Positions 45,556 to 55,014 are shown, numbered from the stretch's first letter. The stretch: 64,000 nt of DNA from Vicinamibacteria bacterium (GCA_963578805.1 CAUZDY010000015.1:542-64541), one strand, 5' to 3'. Translations and numbers: made by a program. Notes: generated by a model not told the origin, from the letters alone.

Positions 45556-46760
45556 CAGACGATCGACCCGAGCTGAATAAGCGGCATGTACAATGCAAGA
45601 AGCAGGCCCGCGATGATAATCCCCATAATTACCAAGAGCAGCGGTTCCACTAAAGTCATAAAACGGGACAGCGCGGTTTCGATTTCTTCATCGAAGAAAT
45701 CCGCAACACTGGTCAGCATCTGCTCCAGCGCTCCGGTTGACTCGCCGACCTCGACCATCTTGACCGCGACCGGTGGAAAGATGCCGTGTTTCGACAATGT
45801 TGTCGACAGAGACTGTCCTTCCCTCACCTCCCGAGACACGGTAACGAGCTGCTGAGAGAAATACCGGTTACCAATTGACTCACCGGCAACATCAAGCGCG
45901 GTGACGAGCGGAATCCCACCCCTTAGTAACGTGGACAGTGTTCGCGCCAGCTGAGAGGTTGCAAATTTCCGAGCAATGCTTCCGACACCCGGTATCTCCA
46001 ATAGAACGTGGTCAAGTATGGCTGGACTGCCTGACTTTCGCAGCCACGCCCACCCGAGTGCCGCGCCTGAAACCATGACGACCACAATGGTTAGAAGATT
46101 TTGATGCAGTGCTTCGGATGTTGCCACGATGGCACGGGTACTCAACGGAAGCTCGGCACCAAGACCGTCATAGAAGTTCCCAAATTCTGGGACGACGCGG
46201 AGCACAATGATTCCGACTACGACGGTCGACAACGCCAACAGAATCGCCGGGTAGATCAGAGCCGAGACCGTCTTACGACGGACGGTGCCGATGACACGCG
46301 AATAGGCAATATACCGCTGGAGGACCTCGTTCAGGCTTCCGCTCTTTTCTCCAGCCAGCAGCGACGCTGTATACACCCCAGGGAATAGATCTCCGTGCGC
46401 TGCGAAGGCATCAGACAGAGCCACCCCGCTTCGCACCCGGTCGTGTACATCATCGAGGACCAGCTTCAGTACCGAGTTTTCGACCCGCTGGCGGAGAATG
46501 TCGAGTGATTGGACCACCGGTATGCCAGCATTTAGCAGGGTCGCTAATTCCTGGTTAAAAACGATGAAATCACGGGCTTTAACCCGCCGCCCCTGTGAAA
46601 GCGACCGCGCGAGTGAGCTAAACGTCCCTTTTCGCTGGAGAGATAGGACACACAGGCCCTTCTCGTTCAGCTGTTGTCGGAGCTTCGCCTCGTCCTCGGC
46701 GATGTAGATCCCCTGAACAATCTCACCGCCAGACGAGCCGAGTCGACAGTGAAACTCCAT
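45555..46760 (-). CDS. GspF/PilC-family inner-membrane platform protein
   Basis: Two repeated GspF domains (FNQELATLLNAGIPVVQSL.. and FATSQLARTLSTLLRGGIPLVTAL..), three TM segments. Confidence 0.9.
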   Translation of the reverse strand: MEFHCRLGSSGGEIVQGIYIAEDEAKLRQQLNEKGLCVLSLQRKGTFSSLARSLSQGRRVKARDFIVFNQELATLLNAGIPVVQSLDILRQRVENSVLKLVLDDVHDRVRSGVALSDAFAAHGDLFPGVYTASLLAGEKSGSLNEVLQRYIAYSRVIGTVRRKTVSALIYPAILLALSTVVVGIIVLRVVPEFGNFYDGLGAELPLSTRAIVATSEALHQNLLTIVVVMVSGAALGWAWLRKSGSPAILDHVLLEIPGVGSIARKFATSQLARTLSTLLRGGIPLVTALDVAGESIGNRYFSQQLVTVSREVREGQSLSTTLSKHGIFPPVAVKMVEVGESTGALEQMLTSVADFFDEEIETALSRFMTLVEPLLLVIMGIIIAGLLLALYMPLIQLGSIV

Positions 46761-46924
46761 ACTCGCTCCCCCGTCGCGGTCCCAGTCTATTTGTCCGACA
46801 ATAGATTATCGGCGCCGACCCTGTAACAATACGGATCCGAACGCCTTAAACAACACGTTTCCTTGCGGTTACGAGTGAGTATGTCGATGGCGATCTTGAT
46901 ACGCCTGGTTAAGTTCGAACCTAA

Positions 46925-47602
46925 TTAGTCACTCTGATTGGCTTCGACTAGGTCCAAGACCTTGGCGACATAGCGACGGGTTTCTGGAAACGGGGGCACC
47001 CCTGCAAACTTCCGAACCGATCCTTCACCAGCATTGTATGCAGCCAGCGCTCCGGCGATACCGAATTTTTCAATTAGGCGACGCAGGTGACGGGTTCCGG
47101 CTTCGATATTCTGAACCGGATCAAATGGATCGCCAATGGCATACTCGTCAGCTACGGCCGGTGTCAGCTGCATCAGCCCCATCGCTCCGCGGTGCGATAG
47201 CGCTCTCGAACGGTAGCTGGACTCCGCTTCGATCAGTGCGTGGATAAGGTATCGATCTACGCCATGACGCTTCGACGCCCCCTGAATCAGGGCACCATAC
47301 GGTCGCTCCAGCATCCGCAGACCTGAGTTTTGTGTGGGTGAAACCGCCACGACGAGTTCCTGATCGCTGCGTGGTGTCTCATCCAGTTCGATCCGATCGA
47401 TTAACAAGGGATCGCAGCGCACCGACCCACCTCCGTGAAGCTCAAGCACGATGGTTTGTCCGTCGACATGATGCCTAGCAATTGTCATCACACGACCAGA
47501 CGCAAAGTGTACAAGTTCGAAGCCGGTTGGTGCTGCAGCAGGAGCGCTGAAACAAGCCACGGCCAAGAAGCCCGCCAAGGTGGTGGTTCGAAGTGTAGCC
47601 AT
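46925..47602 (-). CDS. lytic transglycosylase (SLT domain)
   Basis: Start moved to ATG 47602 (signal peptide MATLRTTTLAGFLAVACFSAPAAA). Catalytic region IHALIEAESSYRSRALSHRGAMGLMQL and AYNAG. Confidence 0.8.
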   Translation of the reverse strand: MATLRTTTLAGFLAVACFSAPAAAPTGFELVHFASGRVMTIARHHVDGQTIVLELHGGGSVRCDPLLIDRIELDETPRSDQELVVAVSPTQNSGLRMLERPYGALIQGASKRHGVDRYLIHALIEAESSYRSRALSHRGAMGLMQLTPAVADEYAIGDPFDPVQNIEAGTRHLRRLIEKFGIAGALAAYNAGEGSVRKFAGVPPFPETRRYVAKVLDLVEANQSD

Positions 47603-47645
47603 TCTATCGAACGTAGCACAGGTCGAACGACCTTCACAAACTGAC

Positions 47646-48539
47646 CTAGGGTGACAGGGGTTCCAGAAACGCGTAAAAGACTCGTGCGCCAAGACTTCTC
47701 AGATCTGCACTCAAACCGCCTGAAACCGATTCCGGCACAAATGTCTGATCGACATACAGATCGATTGTGACAGAATCGGCGTCGCCTAACTGCGCGACAC
47801 CTAGCGGAATCTCGTGGAATTGATTCTCCAGACTGTCGAGCCTAATCTCATAAATCACTTGCTCACCGATCCGAATCTCGACTTCCTGGGGGGTCTCAAA
47901 ATAATCGAAACGGCCAGAGAGCTCAAGATAAAACACGGCGTCTGACCTAGGGTTTCGAAATGAGAAACTAGCCTTCTCGGTTGTCCAACGCCACATCACC
48001 TTGGTCTCTGGGTCGGTCTCGTTGCCGTGCCAGCCATCCTGATAGTAGACAAAACTACTCTCCGCTTGGGGTGCGATAGCGACCGACGTGGCTCGATAGG
48101 CTTTCTCGCCGATCGAATCACCTGTCAACGCCCACCGCTCTCCCGTGGCCGGCGAGTACAACCCGACCGTCACTATCGAGTCACCAACATAGGGATACAT
48201 CGGGATCCGTTCCCGTCGTGTGTACGAGATTGTCTGGCCAGGCTGCCACTGACTGGTCGGCACGGACGGCTCATGGTCGGCAGCCCACATCATGTCTCCG
48301 TTCACATCAAGAAAGTGCACCATCACCCACAGGTCTTCCTCAAGCGGTTTCAGATCCGGTGACACGACGAACTGAATTGCCATCTTGACCGGTCCACCGA
48401 GCGGTACGACTTTCCGGTCCAGCTGAAGGGTCACAACGGCCACGGGATCGTCGGACAACCCCGAACTACAGGCTATCATCGCGATACCGACGGCAGCCGG
48501 CGCGAGCCGGGACAGCCAGCGGCGCGGTAAACAGGCCAA
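47646..48539 (-). CDS. uncharacterised lipoprotein
   Basis: TTG at 48539 preceded by GAAGGAGGA at optimal spacing. Signal peptide with lipobox AMIAC. Beta-rich mature part without motifs I recognise. The upstream 216 codons of the tracked 513-aa ORF are discarded. Confidence 0.55.
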   Translation of the reverse strand: MACLPRRWLSRLAPAAVGIAMIACSSGLSDDPVAVVTLQLDRKVVPLGGPVKMAIQFVVSPDLKPLEEDLWVMVHFLDVNGDMMWAADHEPSVPTSQWQPGQTISYTRRERIPMYPYVGDSIVTVGLYSPATGERWALTGDSIGEKAYRATSVAIAPQAESSFVYYQDGWHGNETDPETKVMWRWTTEKASFSFRNPRSDAVFYLELSGRFDYFETPQEVEIRIGEQVIYEIRLDSLENQFHEIPLGVAQLGDADSVTIDLYVDQTFVPESVSGGLSADLRSLGARVFYAFLEPLSP

Positions 48540-48683
48540 TGTGTAGAATCCTCCTTCGCTCGGAACTACGTTGGGATAAGTGTCGCCATGGTAACGTGTT
48601 GTCGCACTTACGGCAATATGGTACGCTTCCGGCGCATTTGACTGCAGACGCGGTTGCGCCCTTCCGCCGCGGAGGACCATCGA

Positions 48684-48974
48684 ATGACGCTTGAAGCACT
48701 TGGTATGGTAGAGACGAAAGGCTTGGTCGGTTCGATTGAAGCGGCCGACGCGATGGTGAAGGCCGCCAATGTCGTCCTCGTTGGCAAGGAGTACATCGGT
48801 GCGGGTTACGTCACGGTTATGGTGCGCGGAGATGTGGGTGCGGTCAAAGCCTCGACCGACGCCGGTGCCGCAGCGGCCAGGCGTGTCGGCGAACTCGTCT
48901 CCGTCCACGTTATTCCGAGACCTCATAGTGAGGTCGAAAAAATTCTCCCGAAGGCTAAAGACGCGTCGAAGTAG
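48684..48974 (+). CDS. bacterial microcompartment shell protein, BMC-H (PduA/EutM type)
   Basis: [75 protein letters not shown] is collinear with canonical hexamer proteins. GGAGGA lies 7 nt before the ATG. Confidence 0.93.
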   Translation: MTLEALGMVETKGLVGSIEAADAMVKAANVVLVGKEYIGAGYVTVMVRGDVGAVKASTDAGAAAARRVGELVSVHVIPRPHSEVEKILPKAKDASK

Positions 48975-48986
48975 CACCGAGAGGGC

Positions 48987-50702
48987 ATGAGCCAACCCTC
49001 CTCTCTCTCCTCTTCGCTGGATCGCGATCTCATCTCGATCAGTGAGGCTCGTGCGCAGGCGCGCCGGGCGAAGGCGGTCCAGCCTCAGCTCGAACAACTT
49101 ACACAGAAGCAGATCGATACGATCGTTGACGCGATGGCCACTGCCGTCACGGGCGAAGCTGAGTCGCTCGCGGCGCTCGCCGTTCACGAGACCGGATTCG
49201 GTGTGGTTGCCGACAAGGTCCAGAAGAACCTATTTTCGGCCCGAACCGTGCACGAGTTTATCCGTCCGATGAAGACGGTTGGAGTTATTCGCTCCCTCAG
49301 TGACCGACGAGTACTGGAAATTGCTCAACCGTTTGGTGTCGTTGCGGCCGTCGTCCCGTCCACTAATCCAACGTCGACAACGATCTACAAAATTTTAATC
49401 GCGATCAAGGCGCGGTGTGCTTTGGTGATCAGCCCACACCCTGCCGCCGTCAGGTGTATCACGCAAACCGCTGAGTTGATGAATCGCGCGGGTCTCGGTG
49501 CCGGGCTCCCTGATGGTGCAATCAGCTGGATGCAGACCGTGACCCTCGAAGGCACCCAAGAGCTGATGCGGCATCGCGACGTCGCGGTGATTCTGGCCAC
49601 TGGTGGCATGGGTTTAGTGCGGGCCGCCTACTCTGCCGGGAAACCAGCTTACGGCGTCGGTCCGGGAAACGCACCGGCCTACATCGAACGTTCCGCCGAC
49701 TTACCCAAGGCGGTGCAGGATATCGTAGCCGGTAAGACATTCGACAACGGGTTGCTCTGCTCTTCGGAGAACTCGGTGGTGGTAGACCGTGTGGTCGCCG
49801 ACGATGCAAAACGTGAGTTCAAAAACAACGGAAGCTCTTTTCTCTCTGCCGCCGAATGTGAGGCTTTGGCTAAGGTCCTCGTTACATCGGAACGGCTACC
49901 CAACCCGACCCTGGTCGGGAGGCCCGCCACGGAGATAGCGGCTGCGGCAGGAATTACGGTGCCGACCGACACTCGTGTGTTAATCGCTCCACTCGACGGG
50001 GTTGGTCGTGATTACCCGCTATCGATCGAGAAACTGTGCCCCGTCCTCTCGTTTTATGTCGTCGACGACTGGAACGAGGGGTGCGAACGATGTATAGAAA
50101 TTCTCCGGCATGGCGGCATGGGACATACCATGTCAATTCACTCCCGTGACGAAGGAATCATCTTAGAGTTTGGCCTTAGGAAGCCGGCGTCTCGAATTGT
50201 CGTCAACACCCCAACGACTTTGGGGTCAATTGGAATGACCACCGGTCTCGACCCATCCATGACGCTTGGCTGTGGAGGCTACGGTGGAAATATTACGTCG
50301 GACAATATCTCGCCGATGCATTTACTCAACATAAAACGTCTTGCTTACGAAACCCGCTCCGTAGCCGACCTTCGAACCTCGACAATGACACCAGCGGAGA
50401 CACCCCGGGCCGAGAAGCCTGCCATTGACCCAGTGACGCTGGCGCAGCGAATCGATCTTTTCTTATCGACGAGAGGTGTGACCAAGACACAGGAAGCCGC
50501 CCCTCCACCAATCTCCCAGGCGAAACCATCAGAGCCGCAGGCGACACCGGTTGAATTTGTGTGTGAGGACGATGTACGCGAGGCGATCGAAGGCGCTCAG
50601 TCGATCGTCATCAACGATAAGACGATCGTTACACCGTCCGCACGCGACCTTGCTGAGCTCCATCACGTGTTCACCTACACTGGTCTCTCCACGAGGCACT
50701 GA
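48987..50702 (+). CDS. CoA-acylating aldehyde dehydrogenase (EutE/PduP family) with ~115-aa C-terminal extension
   Basis: VVPSTNPTST, GGMGLVRAAYSAGKPAYGVGPGN, catalytic FDNGLLCSSENS, GGMGHT. Tail after about aa 455. Confidence 0.88.
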   Translation: MSQPSSLSSSLDRDLISISEARAQARRAKAVQPQLEQLTQKQIDTIVDAMATAVTGEAESLAALAVHETGFGVVADKVQKNLFSARTVHEFIRPMKTVGVIRSLSDRRVLEIAQPFGVVAAVVPSTNPTSTTIYKILIAIKARCALVISPHPAAVRCITQTAELMNRAGLGAGLPDGAISWMQTVTLEGTQELMRHRDVAVILATGGMGLVRAAYSAGKPAYGVGPGNAPAYIERSADLPKAVQDIVAGKTFDNGLLCSSENSVVVDRVVADDAKREFKNNGSSFLSAAECEALAKVLVTSERLPNPTLVGRPATEIAAAAGITVPTDTRVLIAPLDGVGRDYPLSIEKLCPVLSFYVVDDWNEGCERCIEILRHGGMGHTMSIHSRDEGIILEFGLRKPASRIVVNTPTTLGSIGMTTGLDPSMTLGCGGYGGNITSDNISPMHLLNIKRLAYETRSVADLRTSTMTPAETPRAEKPAIDPVTLAQRIDLFLSTRGVTKTQEAAPPPISQAKPSEPQATPVEFVCEDDVREAIEGAQSIVINDKTIVTPSARDLAELHHVFTYTGLSTRH

Positions 50703-50951
50703 GCTTGACTCCTCGGGCCGGTTGAGACGTTCCTTCCCGACACCCAAAACACTCCGCATCTGGGATGCTTGATATCTGCGTAAACTGCAGAACAATAATC
50801 GAGGTGGTCGCGCGGTCGCTAAATGTCGCAGAGTATAAAGCGAAGAGTTTTCAACTCTATATACTCTTCGTGACCGTCGAAATCCGTTCTCTTTCCATGT
50901 AAACAACGGTGTGTTAGACTCCGTTGTCAGCTTGCTGCGACACTCCCCTAC

Positions 50952-51842
50952 ATGTTTCGAACCCGGTACTCTTTCCTCATCGCGAATCGCACAACCGGCG
51001 CAACGAGCCGATTCACGGTTGGTCTCGGACCAGCCTGTGTTCTGTTTTTGGCGCTTTTCGTACTGCCGGTGACTCTCTTGGTTTACGCGGAACGGATCCA
51101 GTCACTCGCTGTCACGCGTCTCGAACTCCAGAACGCTCGTCTCGAGCTTGAAAATGTTGACTATCGAGCGGCCGCAAACGAAGTGGCTAGCCATCTGTCT
51201 GGACTCGATGACGAGATGCTTGAGTTGACCGGGCGAGTCAATATGGATCCGTCCATGCTACGGTCGATGTCGAAATTACCAGACAGCCTACGACTCGACG
51301 TGCCGCGAACTGTTAGCGAGGTGGAAGGGCAACTGGATGCGTTCGGCCGGTTGCGACTCCTTTTCGATTCGTTTACCGCGCGATTGGCGCGTGTTCGGCG
51401 AGCTGTGGCCTATCGGGAAGCGCTGGCTTCGGCGACACCGATCATCTGGCCATCCGATGGGTGGATATCTGCGACGTATGGCTATCGGACAGACCCATTT
51501 ACCGGGAAGCGTAACTTCCATCCCGCGGTTGACATTTCCACTCAAAAAGGACAGCCCGTGTACGCAACGGCAACCGGCCGGATTATTTCTGCTCAACGGA
51601 ATGGAGCGTACGGCAATCTCGTCGAGATCGACCATGGATTCGGACTGACAACACGATACGGCCACCTGTCAAAGTTTGGTGCGTCGGTGGGCGATACGAT
51701 CCAGCGTGGCGACGTGATCGGCTACGTGGGTGCAACTGGTCGCGCTACCGGGTACCACGTGCACTACGAGGTTTGGTCGAACGGTCGTACGATCAATCCG
51801 AAGCAGCTGTTACTAGAGCGCCCTGCGACCGCTGCCAACTAG
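50952..51842 (+). CDS. M23-family metallopeptidase (LytM domain) with N-terminal TM and coiled coil
   Basis: HPAVDIS (HxxxD), GYGNLVEIDHG, ATGYHVHYEV (HxH). Confidence 0.85.
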   Translation: MFRTRYSFLIANRTTGATSRFTVGLGPACVLFLALFVLPVTLLVYAERIQSLAVTRLELQNARLELENVDYRAAANEVASHLSGLDDEMLELTGRVNMDPSMLRSMSKLPDSLRLDVPRTVSEVEGQLDAFGRLRLLFDSFTARLARVRRAVAYREALASATPIIWPSDGWISATYGYRTDPFTGKRNFHPAVDISTQKGQPVYATATGRIISAQRNGAYGNLVEIDHGFGLTTRYGHLSKFGASVGDTIQRGDVIGYVGATGRATGYHVHYEVWSNGRTINPKQLLLERPATAAN

Positions 51843-52111
51843 CGTCCTGAGTCCGCACAGCGCCATGCTGCACCGATTGCCGTGACGCTTCGCCACGTCG
51901 GTTGGTGGATCCGATCGAGTGTCAAAGCTTTTGTCCCCGCGTACTCCGGAAGGAACGGGTTGCGTATCGCAGAGACGGGACACTAGAATCATCGAATAGC
52001 TGCACTCATCAGACCCAACCTTATGAGTCACAGCACAAGCACTCGGTGCCGGCGACCTTGCGGTTGCATAATCTACCCGGATCTCGCGGTCATTATTTCC
52101 TGTCCACTCTG

Positions 52112-55012
52112 ATGCTCGATACCATCCTGAAGAAGATCTTCGGCACCCAGAACGAGCGCGAGCTCAAACAGCTATGGCCCTTGGTCGCTGAGATTAACTC
52201 GCGCGAGAGCCGTATCCAGGCGCTTTCCGACGCTGAGCTTCAACGCCAGACAGGTGACTTTAAAGCACGGGTCGAGCAGGGAGAGTCACTCAACGATCTA
52301 CTGCCCGATGCCTTTGCCGTCGTCCGTCAGGCAGGATGGCGCACGCTACGCATGCGCCACTTTGACGTTCAGTTGATCGGAGGGATGGTGCTTCATGCTG
52401 GCCAGATTGCTGAGATGAAAACCGGAGAGGGCAAGACGTTGGTCGCCACGCTTGCAGCCTACCTTAACGGACTTTCTGGCAAGGGTGTTCACGCAGTGAC
52501 GGTCAACGATTACCTCGCCCGGCGCGACTCGGAATGGATGGGGCGAATTTACCGTTTCTTAGGCATGACAGTCGGCGTGATCCAGCACGACCTGCGGGAT
52601 GCCGAGCGGACGGCAGCCTATGCGTGCGATATTACATACGGAACCAACAACGAGTTTGGCTTCGACTACCTGCGCGATAACATGAAGTTTGATATTTCGC
52701 AGTTCGTCCAGAGGCCGCACAACTTCGCAGTCGTAGACGAAGTAGACAGTATCTTGATTGACGAGGCAAGAACGCCGCTTATAATCTCTGGGCCCGCCGA
52801 GCAGTCCACCGAACTCTATAACGAGGTCAACCGGATCATTCCGAAACTCCAGGCCGGTGCCGTAACTCAAGGCAATGTTCCTGCCGAGGAGCGCGAGGCT
52901 CTCGAATCGACCGGTGACTTTCTCAAAGACGAAAAGCACAAAACCGTCGCGCTTACCGAGAGCGGTATTGCTAAGGTCGAGCAGCTGCTCAAAGCGCGCC
53001 TTCAACCCGGCGGCCTCTATGACCCCACGAACATGCCGCTTCTTCACCACGTCAACCAGGCCCTGCGTGCGCACAGCCTCTTTCGGCTCGATGTTGACTA
53101 CATGGTTAAGGATAACCAAGTGGTCATCGTCGATGAATTCACCGGTCGATTGATGCCGGGGCGACGCTGGGGCGACGGCCTGCACCAGGCGGTGGAAGCC
53201 AAGGAGAAGGTCAAGATCGAGCGAGAGAATCAAACGCTCGCCACCATCACGTTTCAGAACTACTTCCGCAAGTACGACAAGCTCTCTGGCATGACTGGCA
53301 CCGCCGAGACGGAAGCCCAGGAATTCGCCAAGATTTACGACCTAGACGTTATCGCGGTTCCGACCAATCGCGAACTATTACGTGTCGAAGGACCCGACGC
53401 TATCTACCGCACCAGCGATGAAAAATACCTAGCGATCGCAGAAGATATAGAGGAAAAGCAGAAACTTGGCCGGCCGGTTCTGTGCGGTACAGTCTCGATC
53501 GAGAAATCGGAGCGCCTCGCAAAGCTGCTGAAGCGCCGCGGCGTACGACACGTCGTCCTCAACGCCAAGTATCACGAGCAGGAGGCGGAAATCGTTGCTC
53601 AGGCGGGTCGAAAGGGCAACATCACAATAGCGACAAACATGGCCGGGCGAGGCACCGATATTCTCCTTGGGGGTAACGCCGAGTATATGGCCCGGAAACA
53701 AGCGCTTAAAGAAGAGGCGGCGGAGGAGATTGCAAAAACAGAGTTTCGCGTAGTCGACGACGAGACGTACGTCTATTTTTCTCACGGCGATCGCTACTAC
53801 CGAATACCCCGAGAGGCCTGGCAGCGTGTCCTTTCGTTTTTTACGCAGAAGACCGACTCCGAGCACGCCGAGGTAGTCTCCGCGGGAGGACTCCACATCA
53901 TTGGCACCGAGCGCCACGAAGCACGCCGTATCGACAATCAACTGCGCGGGCGAGCGGGTCGACAGGGCGACCCCGGTTCATCACAATTCTATCTCTCGCT
54001 TGAGGACGACCTGATGCGAATCTTCGGATCCGAGCGCATCTCAGGCCTAATGGAACGTCTTGGGATGGAAGAAGGTGTACCGATCGAGCACAAGATGGTC
54101 ACCCGTGCGATCGAGCGAGCCCAGAAGCAAGTCGAGGCGCAGCACTTTTCGGTCAGAAAGCACTTGCTCGAGTACGACGACGTAATGAACAAGCAGCGCG
54201 AGAGCGTCTACGGCTTGCGCCGGGAACTGCTAGAGGGTCGAATCCAAATCGAGGACGAGACCGAAGAATCAGGTAGCAAAACCATCGATCTCCGAGCCTA
54301 CCTGATGACGCTGGCGGAGGAACAAGTCGACACCCTTGTTGAGTCCTATTGTGGCGAGGAGGTCGAGCCAGAGGACTGGGATCTCGGCGCACTCAAGCTA
54401 TCCTCTGGAAAAACATTTGGGTTGGGCACCGACCAACTTTCATCGATCGACCTCGATAAGAAGACCATCGATGAAATGCACGAAAACATCTGGAATACAG
54501 CCCGTACGACATACGCTGAGAAGGAGACCGCGATCGACGAGGAGGTCCTTCGGCGTGTCGAACGCGACGTCATGCTTCAGGTCGTTGATGTGCAGTGGAA
54601 AGACCATCTATACAGCCTGGACCACCTGAAAGAGGGCATCAACCTTCGAGGCTACGGCCAGCGAGATCCCCTCGTTGAATACAAGCGCGAAAGCTTTGGA
54701 ATGTTTCAGGCTATGAAGGAGCGGATCGACGAGGAGACAGTCAAGTATCTCTGGCGACTGCGTCCGGTGGTCAGAGAGGGTGACAACGCCTCTTTCCAGC
54801 CACAGATTCGCCGTACTACACCGCTTTCATACAACGAGCCTCAGCCAGCCGCGGGGAGACTGGCTGGAGTCGGCAGCGCGCCTCACCCTGCGCGGGTCGG
54901 CGGCGACGACGCCTCGGTGCGGACTGTCCGACGGGATGCCGCCAAGGTTGGACGCAACGACCCGTGCCCGTGTGGAAGCGGTAAGAAATACAAGAAATGT
55001 CATGGGGCTTGA
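52112..55012 (+). CDS. secA: preprotein translocase ATPase SecA
   Basis: Start at ATG 52112 ([18 protein letters not shown]). MKTGEGKT Walker [21 protein letters not shown]-terminal zinc finger [14 protein letters not shown]. Confidence 0.97.
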   Translation: MLDTILKKIFGTQNERELKQLWPLVAEINSRESRIQALSDAELQRQTGDFKARVEQGESLNDLLPDAFAVVRQAGWRTLRMRHFDVQLIGGMVLHAGQIAEMKTGEGKTLVATLAAYLNGLSGKGVHAVTVNDYLARRDSEWMGRIYRFLGMTVGVIQHDLRDAERTAAYACDITYGTNNEFGFDYLRDNMKFDISQFVQRPHNFAVVDEVDSILIDEARTPLIISGPAEQSTELYNEVNRIIPKLQAGAVTQGNVPAEEREALESTGDFLKDEKHKTVALTESGIAKVEQLLKARLQPGGLYDPTNMPLLHHVNQALRAHSLFRLDVDYMVKDNQVVIVDEFTGRLMPGRRWGDGLHQAVEAKEKVKIERENQTLATITFQNYFRKYDKLSGMTGTAETEAQEFAKIYDLDVIAVPTNRELLRVEGPDAIYRTSDEKYLAIAEDIEEKQKLGRPVLCGTVSIEKSERLAKLLKRRGVRHVVLNAKYHEQEAEIVAQAGRKGNITIATNMAGRGTDILLGGNAEYMARKQALKEEAAEEIAKTEFRVVDDETYVYFSHGDRYYRIPREAWQRVLSFFTQKTDSEHAEVVSAGGLHIIGTERHEARRIDNQLRGRAGRQGDPGSSQFYLSLEDDLMRIFGSERISGLMERLGMEEGVPIEHKMVTRAIERAQKQVEAQHFSVRKHLLEYDDVMNKQRESVYGLRRELLEGRIQIEDETEESGSKTIDLRAYLMTLAEEQVDTLVESYCGEEVEPEDWDLGALKLSSGKTFGLGTDQLSSIDLDKKTIDEMHENIWNTARTTYAEKETAIDEEVLRRVERDVMLQVVDVQWKDHLYSLDHLKEGINLRGYGQRDPLVEYKRESFGMFQAMKERIDEETVKYLWRLRPVVREGDNASFQPQIRRTTPLSYNEPQPAAGRLAGVGSAPHPARVGGDDASVRTVRRDAAKVGRNDPCPCGSGKKYKKCHGA

Positions 55013-55014
55013 TC

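Noticed and set aside
46848-46868. CACG-N-TTGC sequence resembling a sigma-54 promoter between the SLT gene and the secretion cluster
   Set aside because: The -24 GG is missing and the spacing is wrong. It is also on the plus strand, where no gene follows.
48294-48308. DVNGD motif in the unknown lipoprotein as a possible dockerin calcium loop to match the secretin cohesin-like domain
   Set aside because: There is only a single copy, embedded in a beta-rich region. Dockerins have two duplicated EF-hand-like segments with flanking helices.
48540-49187. Upstream 216 codons of the 513-aa minus-strand ORF 47646..49187
   Set aside because: This part is antisense to the strongly supported BMC-H gene and the start of the aldehyde dehydrogenase. 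It is Arg-rich with no motifs. A TTG at 48539 with a near-perfect Shine-Dalgarno yields a clean lipoprotein signal peptide, so only 47646..48539 is called.
50703-50951. AT-rich spacer after the aldehyde dehydrogenase with hairpins (AGAGTATA..TATACTCT around 50820-50860; ACAACGG-N11-CCGTTGT around 50902-50926)
   Set aside because: There are no U-tracts, the stems have large asymmetric loops, and there is no similarity to known RNA families that I can recognise. It is most simply the promoter/UTR region of the M23 peptidase gene.
51902-52111. N-terminal extensions in the ORF track for secA (also parA 14854..14949, asd 26805..26903, pal 7507..7548, SLT 47603..47692, secretin 41135..41227, LOR/SDH gene 29352..29507)
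   Set aside because: The conserved N-terminal family motifs or signal peptides begin at internal start codons. The extensions overlap upstream genes or lack any signal.
52559-53233. 224-aa minus-strand ORF
   Set aside because: It is antisense to secA and has no motifs.
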